Positions 31,409 through 37,307 of a stretch of 37,307 nucleotides of DNA are shown piece after piece. The position numbers and the translations under genes are program-made. The stretch is from Candidatus Methylomirabilia bacterium (lineage in GTDB: Bacteria; Methylomirabilota; Methylomirabilia; Rokubacteriales; CSP1-6), in the NCBI GenBank assembly GCA_041497895.1, contig JBGQHJ010000032.1, forward strand, positions 1 to 37,307, given 5' to 3'. The stretch's first letter is position 1. The number at the start of each line of letters is the position of its first letter. Under the pieces are notes generated by a model, which searched no databases, had not been told where the DNA came from, and worked only from the letters and a program-made list of their open reading frames with translations.

Positions 31409-33466
31409 CTAGAAGCGGAAGGCCAGCCCTCCGAGGAGTGTCCGCGGGCTGCCGGGCGTGAAGTGGATGTCCCGGACCCCGCCGACGGGCTCCCCGGGCA
31501 GGCGCGACTCGAAGAAGAACTGGGCCTCGCGCCACTCGGTGTTGGCCACGTTCTCGACGCTCAGGAAGGCCTCCAGGCTCCGGTAGCGATAGCGCGCGCT
31601 CAGGTCGAAGAGGGTATAGCCCCGCGCGGTCTGCTGGCGGCCCTCGTCGGCGTAGCGGTTGCCCACGTAGCGCATCGCCGCGCTGGCCGAGAGGCCCCAC
31701 GGCAGGCGCGCGGTGAGGTCGGCCCGCGCGGTCACCCGAGGGGCGAGCGGGATCGCCTGACCGTTGTCGAAGGCCGAGTCGGTCAGGGTCACGTTGCCGC
31801 TCCACGTGAGCCAGTCGAGCAGCCGGATCTTGGTCACGACCTCCCAGCCCTGCCGGTGGCTCGGGCCGCGCGCCTCGGTGGTGCCGTCGTCGCCCGCGAA
31901 GACCAGCTCGCTCTTGAGGTCGAGGACCCAGTAGGTGGCCGAGACTTCCACGCGCGGCAGGACCTTGCTCCTGATCCCGAACTCGTAGCCGCGCGCCTGG
32001 GGTAGCGCGGGCATGCGCGGATCGATGACGATCGCGCGCGCGTCGTTGCTGTGGAAGCCGGTGCCGAAGTTGGCGAAGAGCTCCGTCTCGTGCCACGGGC
32101 CGAGGATCAGGTTGGCTTTCACGCTCGGCACCGCGCGGGTCTGGTTGCCGTCGAGGCGCTCGGCCGAGCCGCCGAGGCGGTTGCGCACGTCGTAGTGGAA
32201 GATGTCCCCGCGCGCCCCGGTGACGAAGCGCAGCCACGGCAGGGGGTCGAGATCGAGCCTCACCATCGGCGAGACCGACTGCTCGACGAAGCTCACGTCC
32301 TGGGTTCGCTCGAGCTGGTGCCGGTCGGCCTGGTGGGCCAGGATCACGCGAGAGCGGTCCACCCGGTACTGCACGCCGGTAATGGCCAGGACCGGGACGC
32401 CCGCCACCGTGTCCCGATGCTCGTAGCGCGTGTCGAGTCCGCCCACCAGACGGTCGCGGTCGGTCTGCTTGATCCCGTCGCCGTTGACCGGATCGTCGAG
32501 GAAGAACGTGAAGTCGGAGAAGAGGTCGAGCGAGTAGTACTGGCCCCACGCCCGCACCGTGACCAGGTCGGCGTCGCTGCGCTTCCAGCGGATCTGCCCG
32601 TTCAGGCTCGCCCGCTCGGTGCGCCCGCCCTCGCTGTTGTCGATGGAGCCGAAGCGGTCGATCAGACCCGCGCGCACCGCCCGCGCCGGGATCTGCCCCG
32701 AGCCGAACCAGCTGCTGCGCAGGTAGGACGCCCAGATCGAGCCGTCGACCCCGTCGCCGAGCGTGGCCGACGCCTTGGCGAATGCGTTGAGGCGCTTGTA
32801 GTCCTGGGGCCGATCGAACGGTCCGTCGGACGTATAGGCCTCGAGCGCGAACAGGGTCTTCACCCGGTCGCGGGTAGGCGAGAGCAGGGTCAGGTAGCGC
32901 TGGGTGCCGAAGGAGCCGCCCGCGGCCTGCACCAGGTTCTCGGGCACCGTGTCCAGCGTGACGAAGTCGATGGCGCCGGCGGTGGCGAAGTCGCCGTACT
33001 CGACGTAGTAGGGCCCCTTGAAGGCGTCCACCTGCTTGATGGTCTCGGGGATGAGGAAGTGGAGATCGGCGTAGCCTTGCCCGTGGGCGTGGGTGCGCAG
33101 GTTCACCGGCATGCCGTCGACGAAGAGGGCCACGTCGGTGCCGTGGTCGGCGTCGAAGCCCCGGAGCAGGTACTGCTCGGATTTCCCGCCGCCCTGGTGC
33201 TGGCTCATGATCAGCCCGGGCACGAGGCGGAGCACGTCGGCGGGACGGCCCTGGGGCAGCAGCTCGAAGTCCTTGCCGGGAATGAGCAGCTCGGAGGAGG
33301 CGGCCACCGGCGGGGGCGCGGTCACGACCACTGGGGCGAGCAGGACGTCCGTGGTCGGGCGCGGCGAGGTCTCCTCGGCGGTCGCGCCCATCGCGCCGAC
33401 CGCCCCGATGCCCGCGGCGAGGGCGATCGCGAGCCAGCCGGCCTGACGCCGAGTCGGTCCGAGCAT
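31409..33466 (-). CDS. TonB-dependent receptor (probable metal uptake)
   Basis: TonB-box-like 'PVVVTA'. Plug motifs 'VPGL', 'RGF..DHG.D', 'HAHGQGYAD'. C-terminal 'G.PRT...GLAFRF'. Start taken at ATG 33466. Confidence 0.92.
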   Translation of the reverse strand: MLGPTRRQAGWLAIALAAGIGAVGAMGATAEETSPRPTTDVLLAPVVVTAPPPVAASSELLIPGKDFELLPQGRPADVLRLVPGLIMSQHQGGGKSEQYLLRGFDADHGTDVALFVDGMPVNLRTHAHGQGYADLHFLIPETIKQVDAFKGPYYVEYGDFATAGAIDFVTLDTVPENLVQAAGGSFGTQRYLTLLSPTRDRVKTLFALEAYTSDGPFDRPQDYKRLNAFAKASATLGDGVDGSIWASYLRSSWFGSGQIPARAVRAGLIDRFGSIDNSEGGRTERASLNGQIRWKRSDADLVTVRAWGQYYSLDLFSDFTFFLDDPVNGDGIKQTDRDRLVGGLDTRYEHRDTVAGVPVLAITGVQYRVDRSRVILAHQADRHQLERTQDVSFVEQSVSPMVRLDLDPLPWLRFVTGARGDIFHYDVRNRLGGSAERLDGNQTRAVPSVKANLILGPWHETELFANFGTGFHSNDARAIVIDPRMPALPQARGYEFGIRSKVLPRVEVSATYWVLDLKSELVFAGDDGTTEARGPSHRQGWEVVTKIRLLDWLTWSGNVTLTDSAFDNGQAIPLAPRVTARADLTARLPWGLSASAAMRYVGNRYADEGRQQTARGYTLFDLSARYRYRSLEAFLSVENVANTEWREAQFFFESRLPGEPVGGVRDIHFTPGSPRTLLGGLAFRF

Positions 33467-33534
33467 CGTGCCGTTTCTACCACGGTCGACTCGTTGACGG
33501 GGCCGGAGTCGCTGTGGGATCATAACGTCCCGCC

Positions 33535-34845
33535 ATGAAAGTCCATTTCACGACCCTCGGCTGCCCCAAGAACCAGGTGGACTCCGAGCTGATGCTGGGC
33601 ATGCTGACCGAGGCCGGCCACGAGATCGCGGCGGCCCCGGAGGCCGCCGAGTGTCTGGTGGTCAACACCTGCGCCTTCATCGACCGGGCGCGCGAGGAAT
33701 CGGTCAACACCATCCTCGAACTCGCCCAGCTGAAGACGCGGGGGCGGGCGCGGGCCCTCATCGTCACCGGCTGCCTCACCCAGCGCTACGGGACCCTCAT
33801 CAGCACGGAGATCCCGGAGATCAACGCGATCCTGGGCACCTCGGAGCTCCACCGCATCGTGGACCTGGTCAATCAGGCCGACGGCCGCCAGGCGTGGGTG
33901 AGTGCGGCGCCCCCCGGCTACCTCTACGACGCGCAGACCCCGCGGCTGCTCACCGGGCGCGTGCCCTACGCCTACGTGAAGATCGCCGAGGGCTGCGACA
34001 TGGGTTGCACGTTCTGCGCGATCCCGCAGTTCCGCGGCCAGCACAGGAGCCGCGCGCTCGCAGACATCGTGGCCGAGGTGAGCGGGCTCGCCCGGCGCGG
34101 TATCCAGGAGGCGATCCTGGTGTCGCAGGACACGCTCGCGTACGGGCGCGACCTGCCCGGCAACGGAGACATCGGCGACCTGCTCCTGGCCTTGTCCGAC
34201 ACCGCGATGCCGTGGATCCGCCCGATGTACCTCCACCCCGCCCACGTGACCGATCGGCTGATCGCGAAGTGGCGGGCCGCCCGGGTGGTGCCCTACCTCG
34301 ACATGCCGGTGCAGCACGGCGACGACGCGATCCTGCGCGCCATGCGGCGCGGGGTGACCGCCCAGCGCATGAAGGACGTCATCGCGCGGCTGCGCGACGC
34401 GCTGCCGGGCGTGACCCTGCGCACCACCGTGCTGGTGGGCTTCCCCGGCGAGACCGAGGCCGCGTTCCAGAACCTGCTCGCCTTCGTCGAGGACGTGGCC
34501 TTCGACCGGCTCGGGGCGTTCACCTACTCGGTGGAGGAGGGCACCCCGGCCGCCGACATGGCCGACCAGGTCCCGGCCGAGGTGATGGCGGAGCGGGCGC
34601 AGCAGGTGCAGGACCTCCAGGACCGGCTGGCCTGGCCGCGCCAGAAGGCGCTCTTCGGCACGCGGCAGACCGTGCTGGTGGACGGGCCGAGCCCGGATCC
34701 GGCGTTCCCCTTCGAGGGCCGCACCGCGGGCCAGGCGCCCGAGATCGACGGCGTGGTGCTGCTGCGCGACGCGCGGCTCACGCCGGGCCGCTTCGCGGAC
34801 GTCGGCATCGTCGAGGTGGACGGCTACGAGCTCGTCGGGGAATAA
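33535..34845 (+). CDS. rimO: Ribosomal protein S12 methylthiotransferase
   Basis: LGCPKNQVDSE, NTCAFI..A..ES, radical SAM CxxxCxxC (KIAEGCDMGCTFCAIP), APEIDG, TRAM tail. Confidence 0.96.
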   Translation: MKVHFTTLGCPKNQVDSELMLGMLTEAGHEIAAAPEAAECLVVNTCAFIDRAREESVNTILELAQLKTRGRARALIVTGCLTQRYGTLISTEIPEINAILGTSELHRIVDLVNQADGRQAWVSAAPPGYLYDAQTPRLLTGRVPYAYVKIAEGCDMGCTFCAIPQFRGQHRSRALADIVAEVSGLARRGIQEAILVSQDTLAYGRDLPGNGDIGDLLLALSDTAMPWIRPMYLHPAHVTDRLIAKWRAARVVPYLDMPVQHGDDAILRAMRRGVTAQRMKDVIARLRDALPGVTLRTTVLVGFPGETEAAFQNLLAFVEDVAFDRLGAFTYSVEEGTPAADMADQVPAEVMAERAQQVQDLQDRLAWPRQKALFGTRQTVLVDGPSPDPAFPFEGRTAGQAPEIDGVVLLRDARLTPGRFADVGIVEVDGYELVGE

Positions 34846-34879
34846 GCCACTCGGCATCCTCGATCGCCTGGCCTTTGTC

Positions 34880-35314
34880 GTGGCCAGCGTCTTCGGGGCC
34901 GGCTACTCGCCGGTGGCGTCGGGCACGGTCGGCAGCCTCGTCACCGCGGTCGCGATCTGGCTCCTGCCTCTCACCCTGCTCCGGACCGCGGTGGCCCTGG
35001 TGGTGGTCACGCTCCTCGGCATCTGGGCGGGCGGCCGCGTGGAGCGCGCGCTCGGCCGCAAGGACCCGGGGGTGATCGTCATCGACGAGGTCGCGGGCAT
35101 GCTGCTCTCGGTGATCGGGCTCCCGCGGACCATCCCGGTGCTGATCACCGCGTTCCTGCTCTTCCGGCTCTTCGATATCTGGAAGCCCTTTCCCGCCCGC
35201 GAGAGCCAGGCGCTCACCGGCGGCATGGGCGTGATGGTCGACGACCTCATCGCCGGCCTCTACACCCTGGTCCTCATCATGGGCGCCCGCGCCCTCTTCG
35301 GGGTGCCCGCGTGA
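34880..35314 (+). CDS. pgpA: Phosphatidylglycerophosphatase A
   Basis: ASGTVGS, DPG.IVIDEVAG, FRLFDIWKP, G.GVMVDDLIAG. True start may be slightly upstream. Confidence 0.92.
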   Translation: MASVFGAGYSPVASGTVGSLVTAVAIWLLPLTLLRTAVALVVVTLLGIWAGGRVERALGRKDPGVIVIDEVAGMLLSVIGLPRTIPVLITAFLLFRLFDIWKPFPARESQALTGGMGVMVDDLIAGLYTLVLIMGARALFGVPA

Positions 35315-36558
35315 CGGCCTGGATCGTCACGGTGGGGGCGGCCCAGCTCGGCGCGGCCGACGACCCGGCCGGGCTCCTCGTCGCGCGGGCGCTCCAGGCG
35401 GACGGGGTGCCGGTGGCGTCACGCCAGGTCGTGGACGAGGACGAGACCGCCGTCGAGGAGGCCCTGCGTGGCGCGCTCGAGGCGGCCTCGCTGGTGGTGG
35501 TGCTGGCCCACCCCGGCGGGTCGAGCGGCGAGGTGGTGCGGCGCGCGCTGTCCCGGCTGACCGGGGCCCGCCTCGTGCTCAACGACAAGCTGCTGGCCCT
35601 GCTCGAGGAGGATTTTGCCCGCCGCGGTCAGGCGATGCCACGCCGGCTCGACCGCCTGGCCCTGCTGCCGCAGGGCGCGGTGCTGTGGCCCGGGGCGGGG
35701 GAGCCCGCGTGGGTGCTCGAGACCAAGCGCGCGGCGGTGGCGGTGCTGCCCGCCGGCTCGGCCGGGCTCGCGAGCCTGGTGGACCAGCAGCTGCGCGCGC
35801 TCGCCCGCCAGCGCTCCGCCGCGGGGGAGAGCACGGTGCTCCGCACGCTCCACACCACCGGCCTCGCGCCCGCGGACGCCGAGGAGCGGCTCGGCCGATG
35901 GCTCGGGGCGGACGGCCCGGTGGCGGTCAGCTGTCTGCAGGTCGACGGGGACGTGTGGGTGCAGCTGCGCGCCCGTGCGGCGTCGCGTCCGGCCGCCGAG
36001 GCCGCGCTGGCCCCGGTCGAGCGCGACGTGCGCGAGGCGCTCGGCCCCGATTGCTGGGGGCAGGACGAGGAGACGCTGGAAGTCGTGGTCGGCCGACTGC
36101 TCCTCGAGCGCCGGCTCACCGTCTCGATGGCCGAGTCCTGCACCGGCGGCCTCGTCGGGCACCGCCTCACCAACATCGCCGGCTCCTCCCGCTACGTCGA
36201 GCGCGGCGTGGTCGTCTACTCGAACCAGGCCAAGGAGCAGCTCCTGGGCGTGCCGGAGGAGATGCTGCGCGCCCACGGCGCGGTCAGCGCGCCGGTCGCC
36301 GAGGCGATGGCGGCCGGCATCTGCCGGATCTCGGGCTCGGCCTGCGGGATCGCGGTCACCGGCATCGCGGGCCCCGACGGCGGCACGCCCGCCAAGCCCG
36401 TCGGCACCGTCTTCATCGGGGCGGCGGCGCCGGGCCCGGACGGACCGCGCATCACGGTCCGTCGCTTCCGGTTCCCGGGCGGGCGGGAGGCGGTGAAGTG
36501 GCAGTCCTCGCAGGCCGCGCTCGACATGCTCCGTCGCGCCCTGCTGTCCCGGGCGTGA
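35311..36558 (+). CDS. cinA: CinA-like protein with C-terminal nicotinamide-mononucleotide deamidase (PncC) domain
   Basis: AESCTGG, GSS.Y, YSN.AK, HGAVS, TGIAGPDGG..KPVGTV. N-terminal domain is degenerate. Confidence 0.9.
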   Translation: MTAWIVTVGAAQLGAADDPAGLLVARALQADGVPVASRQVVDEDETAVEEALRGALEAASLVVVLAHPGGSSGEVVRRALSRLTGARLVLNDKLLALLEEDFARRGQAMPRRLDRLALLPQGAVLWPGAGEPAWVLETKRAAVAVLPAGSAGLASLVDQQLRALARQRSAAGESTVLRTLHTTGLAPADAEERLGRWLGADGPVAVSCLQVDGDVWVQLRARAASRPAAEAALAPVERDVREALGPDCWGQDEETLEVVVGRLLLERRLTVSMAESCTGGLVGHRLTNIAGSSRYVERGVVVYSNQAKEQLLGVPEEMLRAHGAVSAPVAEAMAAGICRISGSACGIAVTGIAGPDGGTPAKPVGTVFIGAAAPGPDGPRITVRRFRFPGGREAVKWQSSQAALDMLRRALLSRA

Positions 36559-37133
36559 TCCGCGCGTTCGTCGCGATCCTCCTCGACGACGCGGTTCGCG
36601 AGGCCGTCGCCGCCGTGATCGAGCGTCTGCGACCGCTGGGCGGATCGGTCGCCTGGGTGCCGGCGGCGAACCTGCACCTGACGCTGCAGTTCCTGGGGGC
36701 GCAGCCCGAGGAGCGGCTGGCCGCGGCCGAGGCCGCGCTCCACGACGCGGCGGCCGGGAGCGCGCCGATCGAGGCCGCGCTGCACGGGATCGCGGCGTTC
36801 CCCGGGCTCGAGCAGCCGCGCATCCTCTGGGTCGGGCTGGCCCAGGGCGCGCTCGAGGTCCGCGCGCTGCAGGCGCGGGTGGCGGAGGCCCTCGCCCGGG
36901 AGGGGTTCCCGCGCGAGGAGCGGCCGTGGCATCCGCATCTCACCATCGGCAGGGTGCACGACGACCGCCGCTGGCGCCGCGAGGCGGGGCCGGCCCTGCG
37001 CCAGGCGCTCGCGCAGGTGGCGGGCACTCGGTTCGGCATCCTGCGGATCTCCGAGGTGGCGCTGATGCGCAGCGACCTCTCGCCGCAGGGCGCGCGCTAC
37101 ACGCTGCGGTCCGCCGCCGTGCTGGGCGGCTAG
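36555..37133 (+). CDS. thpR: RNA 2',3'-cyclic phosphodiesterase (2H phosphoesterase)
   Basis: GTG overlaps the cinA stop. R.FVAI, two HxT motifs (HLTLQFLG, PHLTIGR). Confidence 0.92.
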   Translation: MIRAFVAILLDDAVREAVAAVIERLRPLGGSVAWVPAANLHLTLQFLGAQPEERLAAAEAALHDAAAGSAPIEAALHGIAAFPGLEQPRILWVGLAQGALEVRALQARVAEALAREGFPREERPWHPHLTIGRVHDDRRWRREAGPALRQALAQVAGTRFGILRISEVALMRSDLSPQGARYTLRSAAVLGG

Positions 37134-37169
37134 GGGCGGTCGACCCGCCCTGAGGCGGGCAGGACGCCC

Positions 37170-37307
37170 TCACTCCGTGGCGTTTCCCAGCTTCCGGCGC
37201 ACCAGCCGGGTGAGCTGGTTGATGTCGAACGGTTTGGAGAGGTTGCGGTCCTCGAGCCCGGCCAGGAACCGCTGATAGCGGGGCTCGCGCGTGTTGCCGG
37301 AGACGAA
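37170..37307 (-). CDS. Response-regulator receiver domain, C-terminal fragment (runs off window)
   Basis: Minus strand reads FVSGNTREPRYQRFLAGLEDRNLSKPFDINQLTRLVRRKLGNATE*, with the receiver S-G and KPF motifs. Confidence 0.75.
   Translation of the reverse strand, partial: FVSGNTREPRYQRFLAGLEDRNLSKPFDINQLTRLVRRKLGNATE

Noticed and set aside
24356..33534. Calling the copper block an active mobile element
   Set aside because: No integrase, transposase, terminal inverted repeats or tRNA target. Only a 6-bp GC-rich direct repeat.
37134..37307. Absence of recA after cinA-thpR, and of ATPase genes after the ABC permeases at 2243
   Set aside because: Such gene-order variation is common, and the genes may lie outside the window.

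Overview
Very GC-rich bacterial chromosomal window. Gene content and style suggest a diderm such as Candidatus Rokubacteria/Methylomirabilota (inference only). Most of it is housekeeping: the end of a peptide ABC operon, an SDR, divergent glnS/gltX, a histidine phosphatase, a Na/Pi cotransporter, glgA, glnB, glnE, murA (Cys-to-Asp type), polA-coaE-rsmA, rnj-ftsK-lolA-yajQ, rimO-pgpA-cinA-thpR, and a partial response regulator. A ~9.2 kb copper-related block (24356-33534) lies between yajQ and rimO. It holds a broken cupredoxin, a frameshifted His/Met-rich tandem-repeat protein, and two convergent operons (putative outer-membrane protein-copC-copD/cytochrome c fusion; TonB receptor, copC, copC, class II cytochrome c). 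Headline: each copC-containing unit is led by a paralogous membrane protein with its own sigma70-like promoter. Both carry LTxFxxExAxHSVHHxxDPKxxxxC, then exactly 48 residues, then a C-terminal RAPP motif. In one, the RAPP codons can pair with the downstream Shine-Dalgarno. These look like a His-based (non-CxxC) variant of copper-sensing ribosome-arrest leader proteins (CruR/CutF/DUF2946-like). No tRNA, rRNA, CRISPR array or integrase was seen. All function calls come from motif recognition, not database searches.
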